Notes: generated by a model from the sequence alone, not told the origin. DNA of 64,000 nucleotides from SAR202 cluster bacterium (GCA_016872355.1 VGZY01000002.1:4484-68483), one strand, 5' to 3'; numbered from the stretch's first letter, positions 36,448 through 44,952 are shown. Numbers and translations: made by a program.

Positions 36448-38397
36448 ATGCTTAACATGCCCTGCCTGCCTTTCGTAACTGCCACTCGACTGGCGCCGCC
36501 GCCCGGATGGGCGCTGCTGCAGCGCAAGCTGATGGACGTGATGGAAGAGGGCGCGGAGTACATGATCGGCAAGCACGCAGAGAACGGCGGCGTTATCACC
36601 TACGCTGACGACATGGACGACCTCTACGAGCAGGTGAACAACTGGGGCCTCTTCTATGCCATGGGCGCGAGCAAGAAAATACTCACGATGGCCCTGGAAA
36701 GCTGGAACGCCACGACACGGTTCCACGATAGGAGCATCAAGAGCCGCGTTCACCCCCGTTTCCACGCTTCCAGCCACAAGGAGTACTACAGCATCAACCA
36801 CCCCGGCGACGCCGAGTGGCACCACAAGGGCGAAGGCAACATGGCCTTCTACGACTTCGGAGTCGCGGACCCCACGATCTCGGAGAACGTCCGGAGGGCG
36901 CGCAGGTTCGCAGGCTACTACATCGGTGAGGACCCCGAGGCGCCGAACTGGGACCCGAAGTACAGAATACTTCGGTCGCCCGCGCAGTCCGGCGAGGGGC
37001 CCTGGCACAAGACGACGACGGAGTACACGCACTCTTACCTCCTCGGCGGCAAAGGGCTGGACTCGATTTCGTGGTACGGCGTGCGCTCAAGCCTCCAACC
37101 GTTCGTGAAGGACCTTGAGCCCACCTGGTGGAAGGACCCAAAGAGGCGCGATGAGATCAACGCTCTCTTCGAGAAGCTGGTGCTGAACACAGACTCCTCC
37201 AACAACCTGGCAGCGACGGCGCTGGTCACAAACGCCTACCTGTACACAGGCGACGAGAAGTACCGACGGTGGGTGCTGGACTACGTGGAGGCGTGGATAG
37301 ACCGCACGAAGCAGAACGGCGGCATCTTGCCTGACAACGTCGGCCCTACCGGCAAGGTGGGAGAGAACCGCAACGGACAATGGTGGGGCGGCCTGTACGG
37401 CTGGAACCACTACCAGGGTTACAACATCATGTTCCACGGCCTGGTCACGGCCGTGGAGTGCGCACAGCTCCTCAGCGGGGACTCGCGCTACCTGGAGCTA
37501 CTGCGTTCGCAGATCCGGATGCTGCTCTCCAACGGCAAGCGCAAGGACAACGGCCAGCTGGTCGTGCCCAACCGCTACACCGCCGAGGGCTGGGCCGCGT
37601 TCATGCCGATGCGGATCTTCGAGATCGCCCACCTCTACCACGGCTCGCTATCCAAAGAAGACTATGACCTGTTCTGCGAGATACGAGCGGGAGACGTGGA
37701 GCGCAACTGGAACGTTGTGGAGCCGACGCACGAGAAGAACCAGCAGCTGCGGGACGGCCACCAGCATATGGCCCGCTTCCAGTACTACGACGGCAAGAAC
37801 CCGGGCTGGCCGGAGCAGATACTCTCTGCTGAGTTCGTGACTGCCTCCGATGCCATCCGGCGGATGAAGGCCTACCCGGACGACATGCTCAAGCTAATCG
37901 AGAACAACGACTCCCCGGACAATCCCGTCGTCACCAAGGGCCTCACGCAGACGATGCTCGGGGCGCCGCAGTCCAACTACAACGGCGGCCTCCTGCGCGC
38001 GACGGTGCGGTACTTCGACGCCGACCGCGCACGCCCGGGCCTTCCCCCGGATGTTGCGGCGTTCGTGGACGAGATCAAGGACGACCAGGCCGGCATCCGG
38101 CTCGTCAACATGAGCATGGAGCGGGCCGCGAACGTGATCGTTCAGGCCGGCGCGTTCGGGGAGCACACGTTCACGGAGGTGCGGTACGGCGAGGACGATC
38201 CTTCGACAATCGACAGGAAGAAGGGGATTGGCCCGTCCGTAATCGAGCGCACCCTGCCCGTTCACGGCAAGCACTTCGCAGTGAGTCTTCCGCCCGGAAA
38301 GGCCCTGCGAGTGCAGGCCGGCATGAAGCGATTCTCCAGCAAGCCGTCATACGGTTTCCCGTGGCACGGCGAGAAGATACCGGCGCCGTTTCAATAG
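36448..38397 (+). CDS. paralogue 4 of the unrecognised family (649 aa)
   Basis: ATG is preceded by AAGAGG and lies 68 nt after paralogue 3. All family motifs are present. Confidence 0.8.
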   Translation: MLNMPCLPFVTATRLAPPPGWALLQRKLMDVMEEGAEYMIGKHAENGGVITYADDMDDLYEQVNNWGLFYAMGASKKILTMALESWNATTRFHDRSIKSRVHPRFHASSHKEYYSINHPGDAEWHHKGEGNMAFYDFGVADPTISENVRRARRFAGYYIGEDPEAPNWDPKYRILRSPAQSGEGPWHKTTTEYTHSYLLGGKGLDSISWYGVRSSLQPFVKDLEPTWWKDPKRRDEINALFEKLVLNTDSSNNLAATALVTNAYLYTGDEKYRRWVLDYVEAWIDRTKQNGGILPDNVGPTGKVGENRNGQWWGGLYGWNHYQGYNIMFHGLVTAVECAQLLSGDSRYLELLRSQIRMLLSNGKRKDNGQLVVPNRYTAEGWAAFMPMRIFEIAHLYHGSLSKEDYDLFCEIRAGDVERNWNVVEPTHEKNQQLRDGHQHMARFQYYDGKNPGWPEQILSAEFVTASDAIRRMKAYPDDMLKLIENNDSPDNPVVTKGLTQTMLGAPQSNYNGGLLRATVRYFDADRARPGLPPDVAAFVDEIKDDQAGIRLVNMSMERAANVIVQAGAFGEHTFTEVRYGEDDPSTIDRKKGIGPSVIERTLPVHGKHFAVSLPPGKALRVQAGMKRFSSKPSYGFPWHGEKIPAPFQ

Positions 38398-38418
38398 CGG
38401 CAGTATGGTATACTTGCC

Positions 38419-38443
38419 AGGTAAGGAATAATTCTCCTTACCT
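38419..38443. promoter_or_regulatory. 9-bp inverted repeat upstream of the antitoxin gene (operator or terminator candidate)
   Basis: AGGTAAGGA-ataattc-TCCTTACCT ends 18 nt upstream of ATG 38462, in an AT-richer patch. Confidence 0.35.
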
Positions 38444-38461
38444 TCATGCAAGGAGGGATAC

Positions 38462-38692
38462 ATGGTGGTGGCAAAAGTGACCAGCAAAGGGCAAGTAACT
38501 ATACCCAAAGATGTTCGCGAACGGCTTGGAATCGAGCCGGGGGATGAGATCGAGTTCGTCGAGAGTGACGGCGAAATCAAGGTCGCTAAACATTTCACCG
38601 GATCCCCATTCGACAAGTTCGTGGGCTACTTGAAGCACCTCAAGGGGAGGACCACGGACGAGCTCATTGAGGAGATGCGTGGGGAGAGATGA
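38462..38692 (+). CDS. AbrB/SpoVT-MazE family antitoxin (VapB-like)
   Basis: KVTSKGQVTIPKDVRERLGIEPGDEI is a SpoVT-AbrB swapped-hairpin motif. ATGA overlap with the toxin gene. Confidence 0.8.
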   Translation: MVVAKVTSKGQVTIPKDVRERLGIEPGDEIEFVESDGEIKVAKHFTGSPFDKFVGYLKHLKGRTTDELIEEMRGER

Positions 38693-39177
38693 TAACGGCC
38701 CTGGATACGAATATCATCCTTGATATCGTAGTCCCCGACACGGCGGACGTCCGAACTTCAAAAGCCCTTCTGGAAAGGGCCGGTAGAGAGGGCGCCCTCG
38801 TGATCTGCGAGGTCGTATATGCGGAGGTGGCTGCCCGCTTTCAGGATGGTTCGGCGTTGGACTTTTTCATGCAAGAAACCCGGATTCGCCTGTCAGCCAG
38901 CACGCCAGAGGCATTGGCGGAAGCGGGAGTTGCCTGGACGAAGTTTGCGTCAAACCGGAGGCGCAAAGTGCAGTGCGGCTCTTGCGGACGAGAACAAGAC
39001 ATCGTCTGCATCGATTGCTCCCAAACAATCAGCTTCCGCCAACGAGTTCTCGCAGACTTTCTCATTGGTGGCCATGCGTTGCTACAGGCCGACCGCCTGT
39101 TAACTCGTGACCAGCGTTACTTTCGCACATACTTTGCAACACTCAAATTGGGGCCGGAGCTCGACCCCTCAAACTAG
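38689..39177 (+). CDS. PIN-domain toxin (VapC-like) with an inserted CxxC...CxxC segment
   Basis: ALDTNIILD (first acidic residue), EVVYAEV and LADFLIGGHALLQADRLLTRD are PIN motifs. The insert reads VQCGSCGREQDIVCIDCSQ. At 162 aa it is longer than the typical ~130-aa VapC. Confidence 0.75.
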   Translation: MITALDTNIILDIVVPDTADVRTSKALLERAGREGALVICEVVYAEVAARFQDGSALDFFMQETRIRLSASTPEALAEAGVAWTKFASNRRRKVQCGSCGREQDIVCIDCSQTISFRQRVLADFLIGGHALLQADRLLTRDQRYFRTYFATLKLGPELDPSN

Positions 39178-39208
39178 CGCCCAATGTTTGTATTGTGGGA
39201 GGTGACTT

Positions 39209-40261
39209 ATGTCCCGACCCTATGCCCTGCTTCGTGCGGGATTCCCGTACTACAAGACGATCGGAGCGCGCGGGAGGACAATCCTGCCTAACGACATGAC
39301 CATTGCGCCGGACGGCACCATCTACACGCTGTGCCAGGGCACCAACTACGGCAAGGGCAACCCCGGGCCGATCTACATCACTAACCTTGAAGACGAGTAC
39401 ATCGGCAGCATGGCGTGGCGGAACGCCCAGTACGGGCCGTATGGCCACTGCCAGTTCCACTGGCCCTGCCAGATCGTTATCGACGGCAAGAATCGGCTGT
39501 TTTGCTCGGACCAGGCCTTCGACTACCTGCAGGTCTTCAACAGGGACGCCGAGTATCTTGGCCGGTTTGGAGAGGCCGGGACCGGCCCCGGCCAGTTCAA
39601 CCGTCCATCGGGCCTTGCCGTGGACGCTCAGGATAACCTGTACGTCGTCGACTCTCTCAACCACCGCATCCAGAAGTTCGACAAGAATGGGCGTTTTGTT
39701 TCAATGTTCGGCTCGCTCGGCTCGGAGCCAGGCCAGTTCAACATGCCGTGGGGCACCCACGTGGACAGCGAGCACGACGAGATCTACGTGGCAGACTGGC
39801 GCAACGACCGCGTTCAGGTCTTCGATATGAACTGGGAGTTCCAGTTCCAGTTCGGAGAGTCCGGCAGCGGAAAGGGGCAGCTCAACAGGCCAATGGGCAT
39901 AGCCGTGGACAAAGATGGCGACATCTACGTGTGTGACTGGGGCAACAACAGGGTGCAGCTATTCGACAAGACGGGACGCTATATCCAGCAGTTCCTCGGA
40001 GACGCCACGCTCTCCAGGCAGGAGATCGAGGTCTACCTGAGGCGGCACTCGGCCAAGCAGAACCGGTTGAGGATTGAGGCTGACAACGAGCAGGAGAAGC
40101 TCTTCGCCGGCCCGCGCTCCGTGCGGGTGGACTCCGAGGGCCACATGTTTGTGGTGGAGGCCGACCACTACCGCATCCAGGTGTACAAGAAGCAGGCCAT
40201 TGTTCTCACGGAAATGGACGTGGCCCCGCCCCTCAAAGTCCCCACGATGAACCAGAACTAG
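39209..40261 (+). CDS. NHL-repeat beta-propeller protein, no signal peptide
   Basis: Repeated units of the type NRPSGLAVDAQDNLYVVDSLNHRIQKFDKNGRF, FNMPWGTHVD..IYVADWRNDRVQVFD and LNRPMGIAVDKDGDIYVCDWGNNRVQLFD. Confidence 0.85.
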   Translation: MSRPYALLRAGFPYYKTIGARGRTILPNDMTIAPDGTIYTLCQGTNYGKGNPGPIYITNLEDEYIGSMAWRNAQYGPYGHCQFHWPCQIVIDGKNRLFCSDQAFDYLQVFNRDAEYLGRFGEAGTGPGQFNRPSGLAVDAQDNLYVVDSLNHRIQKFDKNGRFVSMFGSLGSEPGQFNMPWGTHVDSEHDEIYVADWRNDRVQVFDMNWEFQFQFGESGSGKGQLNRPMGIAVDKDGDIYVCDWGNNRVQLFDKTGRYIQQFLGDATLSRQEIEVYLRRHSAKQNRLRIEADNEQEKLFAGPRSVRVDSEGHMFVVEADHYRIQVYKKQAIVLTEMDVAPPLKVPTMNQN

Positions 40262-40292
40262 AGACGACTCGGAACGGCAGGAGAGTTGGACC

Positions 40293-41705
40293 ATGCCCAT
40301 GAAAAAGCTCACAGACTCCCAGATGAGGGACTTCGTGCGGAATGGCTTTGTAAGGGTGCAGACGGCCCTGCCGCCCGAGTTCCACCGGGAGATCTTCAGG
40401 GCATCGGAAGAGCTGAACAAAGAGGGCAACCCGGGGAACAACCTGCTGGCCAAAGTGCCGGCCATGCAAAAAATCTACGACGATCCCGGCGTCGCGGGGG
40501 CGCTCGCCAGCATCCTGGGCGACGACTACTTCATGCAGCCTCACCGCCACATGCACTTCAACCCTCCAGGCAGCCCCGGCCAGACAATGCACAAGGACTC
40601 GTTCACCCGCCGCAGACACCACACTCGCTGGATGGTCACTTTCTACTTCCCCCAGGACACGACGGTTGAGATGGGGCCGACGGGCGTAGTGCCCGGCAGC
40701 CACTACTTCAACAAGTACAACCCGGAGACGGACACGCCCGAAAGCTTCATGGCCGGCCCAGCAGGCAGCGTTGTGATCGCGAACTACGATGTGTGGCACC
40801 GCGCGACGCCTAACCGTAGCCAGAAGAACCGGTATATGCACAAGTACCTCTTCACCCGCATGTCGGAGCCCACCGCTCCGAGCTGGCGGAGCACGGGCGA
40901 TGCCTGGGTTGCAAAGAAGGGCGACCAGCACACCGCCATGTGGTCGCACATGTGGGACTGGCACTACGGCAAGCTGTCAAAGGGCAGGGCCGGCACCCTT
41001 GAGATGAGCGAAAAGGAGATCAGGCAGAAGGTGGCGGCGCTTTCAAACGACTCTGAGCGCGTCGCATTCGACGCCGCGTACACGCTGGCGAAGGTGGGCG
41101 AAAAAGCCGCCCGCCCGCTGGTGAAGCTACTGAGCGACGGGTCCGCCGAAAAGTGGTACACCGAGCTGACCCGCAGGCCGCCCGGGCAGACATCGCCGTC
41201 CGCGAACGCAAGCTATGCCCTGATGGCGATGGGCGCCCCTGCCGTCCCTTTGCTGGTCGACCTCGCCTCCAGCCGCAATATGTGGAACCGAGCGAGCGCG
41301 GTCGTTACACTGATGGACATCGGGCCGGCCGCGAAGGCCTCAGTCCCGGCCATTGCTGCGGCGCTCAAAGACGATTCTCCGCTTGTGCGCCAGTTCGCAG
41401 CGGAGGCTATGGGCACGGTAAGCCAGGGGACGTCGAAAGGCGTTGCGGCCCTCGTCCCTGCCCTCAAGGACCAGGATGAGACCGTGCGCAGGTTCGCAGC
41501 GCTCTCACTGGCGAAGATCGGCCCCCATGCAAAAGGGGCCACGAAGGCGCTAATTTCGTCCCTGGGCGACAGCAATCGTTATGTCGTCGGCAACGCCCTC
41601 CACGCCCTGCACCGGATCGATACGGCCGAATCGCGCGAGGCGGTGCTCGCCCACCTGTTCACTGCGCGCTGGGACCGCCTGACGACGAAGACATCGCTAT
41701 ACTAG
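40293..41705 (+). CDS. phytanoyl-CoA dioxygenase (PhyH) family Fe(II)/2OG oxygenase fused to C-terminal HEAT repeats
   Basis: N-terminal ~220 aa carry the MHKDS (HxD) and WHRATPN motifs. The C-terminal ~230 aa carry PBS-lyase/HEAT-like repeats (LKDDSPLVRQFAAEAMG, LKDQDETVRRFAALSLAKIG, LGDSNRYVVGNALHALHRI). Confidence 0.75.
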   Translation: MPMKKLTDSQMRDFVRNGFVRVQTALPPEFHREIFRASEELNKEGNPGNNLLAKVPAMQKIYDDPGVAGALASILGDDYFMQPHRHMHFNPPGSPGQTMHKDSFTRRRHHTRWMVTFYFPQDTTVEMGPTGVVPGSHYFNKYNPETDTPESFMAGPAGSVVIANYDVWHRATPNRSQKNRYMHKYLFTRMSEPTAPSWRSTGDAWVAKKGDQHTAMWSHMWDWHYGKLSKGRAGTLEMSEKEIRQKVAALSNDSERVAFDAAYTLAKVGEKAARPLVKLLSDGSAEKWYTELTRRPPGQTSPSANASYALMAMGAPAVPLLVDLASSRNMWNRASAVVTLMDIGPAAKASVPAIAAALKDDSPLVRQFAAEAMGTVSQGTSKGVAALVPALKDQDETVRRFAALSLAKIGPHAKGATKALISSLGDSNRYVVGNALHALHRIDTAESREAVLAHLFTARWDRLTTKTSLY

Positions 41706-41734
41706 ACGGACTAAATCTAATTCAGGACTCACTC

Positions 41735-42568
41735 ATGCCACACGTTTACGGAAGCTCGGCGACGGCGCAGTCAAAGTACACCGCCAAGCGCGCGGCAGGG
41801 CCGATCAAGATCGACGGCAAGCTGGACGAGCCCTCGTGGAAGCTGGCGCAGAAGTCGACACGCTTCGTGGACCTCGTCACCGGCCAGCCTGTGGAGCACG
41901 ACACCCGCGCTGCCGTCCTGTGGGACGACGACTACCTGTACGTGGGCTTCTGGGTGGAGGAGCCGGACGTTCGCGGCACGCTGACGGAGCGCGATTCGTT
42001 CATCTGGAACGACAACGACGTCGAGGTCTTCATCGACGGCGGAGACACGTACTACGAGTTCGAGATGAACTCGCTCGGGACCGTCCTGGAGATCTTCTGG
42101 ATCTGGAAGGATGTGTACAAGCGCGGCGGTAAGTTCGATATCCCCGAGTTCGACCTCTTCGGCGGCAACGTCTGGGTCCTGAACGGGCTGGACGGCCGCA
42201 AGCACCCGCGCGGCGCGCGCTGGGGCTTCCTGGACTGGGACATGAAGGGGCTCAAGACGGCGATTCACATCGACGGCACGCTGAACAAGCGCGACGACAC
42301 GGATAAAGGCTGGACGGCGGAGATCGCGTTCCCCTGGAAAAGCATGAAGTGGCTGGCGAACGGCCGCTCACTGCCGCCCAAAGAGGGCGACGTGTGGCGT
42401 ATCGACTTCTCCCGCTTTCAGCAGTACGACAAGGAGACGAAGCCGCTCCCGAGCTGGGTGGTCAAGGACAGCCCCGGCTGGGTGTGGAACATGCACGGCC
42501 TCTACGACTCCCACATCCCGGAGTGCTTCGTGCAGGTGAGCTTCAGCGAGAAGTCCGTGGGGAAATAA
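41735..42568 (+). CDS. CBM9/DOMON-like carbohydrate-binding-fold protein, no signal peptide
   Basis: IKIDGKLDEPSWKLA...AVLWDDDYLYVGFWVEEPD...NDNDVEVFIDG...YYEFEMN is the CBM family 9-like pattern. Confidence 0.6.
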   Translation: MPHVYGSSATAQSKYTAKRAAGPIKIDGKLDEPSWKLAQKSTRFVDLVTGQPVEHDTRAAVLWDDDYLYVGFWVEEPDVRGTLTERDSFIWNDNDVEVFIDGGDTYYEFEMNSLGTVLEIFWIWKDVYKRGGKFDIPEFDLFGGNVWVLNGLDGRKHPRGARWGFLDWDMKGLKTAIHIDGTLNKRDDTDKGWTAEIAFPWKSMKWLANGRSLPPKEGDVWRIDFSRFQQYDKETKPLPSWVVKDSPGWVWNMHGLYDSHIPECFVQVSFSEKSVGK

Positions 42569-42578
42569 CCGGTCCCCT

Positions 42579-42661
42579 GTAGCCCGCGCGATTCATCGCG
42601 CCCGTCGTGCTCGCCAGGGTCGCCCGTTGGCGACCCGTGCGCGATGAATCGCGCGGGCTAC
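42579..42661. mobile_element. 83-nt MITE/REP-like element, copy A
   Basis: Perfect 23-nt terminal inverted repeats GTAGCCCGCGCGATTCATCGCGC (42579-42601) and GCGCGATGAATCGCGCGGGCTAC (42639-42661). They surround a 37-nt core with its own hairpin GGGTCGCC-cgtt-GGCGACCC. Confidence 0.7.
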
Positions 42662-42784
42662 AAGATGACCGCCGCACCTCCATTCAACTATGCCTACCCT
42701 CCTTTGACAACCTTCGTTATCCCCTGATACCCTGCCACCGCAACGACGGCCCGCTCGAAATATTCACCACCGTGGAGGCATCCC

Positions 42785-44881
42785 TTGCCCGCCAACAAGC
42801 CCATCTCCATCCCCGGCATAGCAACCATTACCGCCAGCCGGATCACTCCTCCGCCCGCGTGGGCCGTATTGGAGCGGCAGCTCATAACGACGATGGAAAA
42901 GGGCGTGGAGGTCTTTAACGAGAAGTACACGACGCCCGACGGTAACATGCACTTCATCTACGACGTGGATGACGTGTTCGAGAGCCGCGTCAACCGCGGC
43001 CTCCTCTACTCGGTGGGCGGAAGCAGCAAGTTCAAGGACCTGGCGATCCGCGAGTGGAACGCGACGGCCCGCTTTTACAGCGAAGAGTTCAAGCCCTCGC
43101 CTGTGGAGCAGCACCCTCACCTGTCCGCAAAGCCGGACATCCTCTCCCAGGGGGAGAGGAGTAATCGGTGGAAGCCGGGTTCTATCCATCCCATGTATAT
43201 GGCCCAGCTCCACAACGAGTTCTGGACGCTCGCGATCCCATTCAACGCGGACTGGTTCCACATCGGCGAAGGGCTGCAGTCGTTCCACGAGCTGCCGCTG
43301 GTCGACCCGACCATTGAAGAGAACATCCGGCGCGCCAGGCGGTATGCCTCGTTCTACAACGGCGAGGACCCGAGCGCGCCGAACTACGACCCGAAGCACA
43401 AGATCATCCGCTCCCCCTTCGGAGGCAGCAAGGGGCCAATGCTCCGGGCCATCGACGCTCCGCCGATGGTGCACGAGGGCGGCTACGTCTCGAACGCGAT
43501 GGACCTGGCGCGGTACTTCCTCGACCCCGCGTCGTACGGCGACTTCGGCCACCGTCGCGGCGTCGCCAGCAAGCCGAGCGCAGGGAAGCTGATGACTCCG
43601 CTGTACCCCATCGTCAAAGAGCTTGAGCCCAACTGGTTCGAAGACCCGAAACGCCGGGACGAAATCCTGCGACTGTTCGAAGACATTGTCCTCAACGGCG
43701 ACGAGCCGACGAACCTCCCCTGCACGGGCCTGATGGCAATGGCGTACATGTACACAGGCGAGGACAAGTACCGCCAGTGGGTTGAGGACTACGTAGGCGC
43801 GTGGATTGACCGCACGAAGAAGAACGGCGGAATTATGCCGGACAACATTGGCCCCACCGGCAAAATAGGCGAAAAGCGCAACGGCCAGTGGTGGGGAGGC
43901 ATGCACGGCTGGAACCGCCGCGGCGGTTGCGACCGCATGTTCACGGCGATCGCGATCGGCGTGGAGGCAGCGACGCTCGTCAGCGGGGATACAGGCTACC
44001 TGGACCTGCTCAGGTCGCAGCTGCGCCTGCTGCTGGACAACTCCATCAAGCGCGAAGACGGCCAGCTACTGCTGCCGAACAGGTACGGCCCCGAAGGGTG
44101 GGCGGAGCATCGCCCATGGACGATCAAGGAGTTCGTGCACCTCTTCAACGCATCGCAAAAGCCCGAGGACTACCAGATGATAGCGATGCTGCGGGAAGGC
44201 AACCGCACAGCTGACTGGAACGACGTGCCGTCCGGGCCGGACCCCAAGGGCGGTCGCACGGACACGGGCCGTTTCCAGTATTACGACGGCAAGCTGGCGG
44301 ACTGGCCGGAGCGGCTCGTGGAGGCGGAGATACAGTTCTCCCAGACGGTCACGAGCAGCTTCGTCAACGACCACCGCTCGCTTGAGCAGATACTGGAAGA
44401 CAACATCTGGCCGGCGAACCCGCTCGTGATGAAGGGGCTGACGCACCTGGTCACAGGCGGCCCGCAGCACCTGTACAACGGCGGCCTTCAGACCGGCAGC
44501 ATACGCATCTTCGACCCCGATCGCGCGCGGCCCGGCATGCCGGAGGACGTGGGCGTACTGGTGGACGAGATAAAGGCCGACCGCACGGGTGTGCAGCTCG
44601 TCAACCTGGACCCAGTAGAGTCCCGCCGCGTCATTGTGCAGGGTGGCACGTACGGGGAGCACCAGTTTACTGACGTAAGCTACACAGAGACGGACCGCAA
44701 CTGGACCGGGACGAATCCGGGGACGTGGATTCGGGCAAAGGCCACCAGCACGGACCGCTCCGTGCCCGTTAACAATAGCTATTTCGAGGTAGTCCTGCCG
44801 CCCGCGACCGGAATTCGCGTGAGCGCCGGCATGAAGCGGTACGCTAACAAGCCGTCGTACGCGTTCCCGTGGACTAGGTAG
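42785..44881 (+). CDS. paralogue 5 of the unrecognised family (698 aa)
   Basis: TTG start is preceded by GGAGG at 7-nt spacing. All family motifs are present (GPTGKIGEKRNGQWWGG, SYAFPW). It has an extra insert after the first third. Confidence 0.75.
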   Translation: MPANKPISIPGIATITASRITPPPAWAVLERQLITTMEKGVEVFNEKYTTPDGNMHFIYDVDDVFESRVNRGLLYSVGGSSKFKDLAIREWNATARFYSEEFKPSPVEQHPHLSAKPDILSQGERSNRWKPGSIHPMYMAQLHNEFWTLAIPFNADWFHIGEGLQSFHELPLVDPTIEENIRRARRYASFYNGEDPSAPNYDPKHKIIRSPFGGSKGPMLRAIDAPPMVHEGGYVSNAMDLARYFLDPASYGDFGHRRGVASKPSAGKLMTPLYPIVKELEPNWFEDPKRRDEILRLFEDIVLNGDEPTNLPCTGLMAMAYMYTGEDKYRQWVEDYVGAWIDRTKKNGGIMPDNIGPTGKIGEKRNGQWWGGMHGWNRRGGCDRMFTAIAIGVEAATLVSGDTGYLDLLRSQLRLLLDNSIKREDGQLLLPNRYGPEGWAEHRPWTIKEFVHLFNASQKPEDYQMIAMLREGNRTADWNDVPSGPDPKGGRTDTGRFQYYDGKLADWPERLVEAEIQFSQTVTSSFVNDHRSLEQILEDNIWPANPLVMKGLTHLVTGGPQHLYNGGLQTGSIRIFDPDRARPGMPEDVGVLVDEIKADRTGVQLVNLDPVESRRVIVQGGTYGEHQFTDVSYTETDRNWTGTNPGTWIRAKATSTDRSVPVNNSYFEVVLPPATGIRVSAGMKRYANKPSYAFPWTR

Positions 44882-44945
44882 AATAGTGAATTGAACAGCC
44901 GGGCTTGTCCTTAATTCACTATTCACTATTCTAAATTCACTATTC
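44881..44945. repeat. AT-rich hairpin plus direct CACTATTC repeats
   Basis: GAATAGTGAATT (44881-44892) pairs with AATTCACTATTC (44913-44924). TTCACTATTC / ACTATTC / TTCACTATTC follow directly, up to 44945, just upstream of the Nudix gene. Confidence 0.5.
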
Positions 44946-44952
44946 GTTCGAG

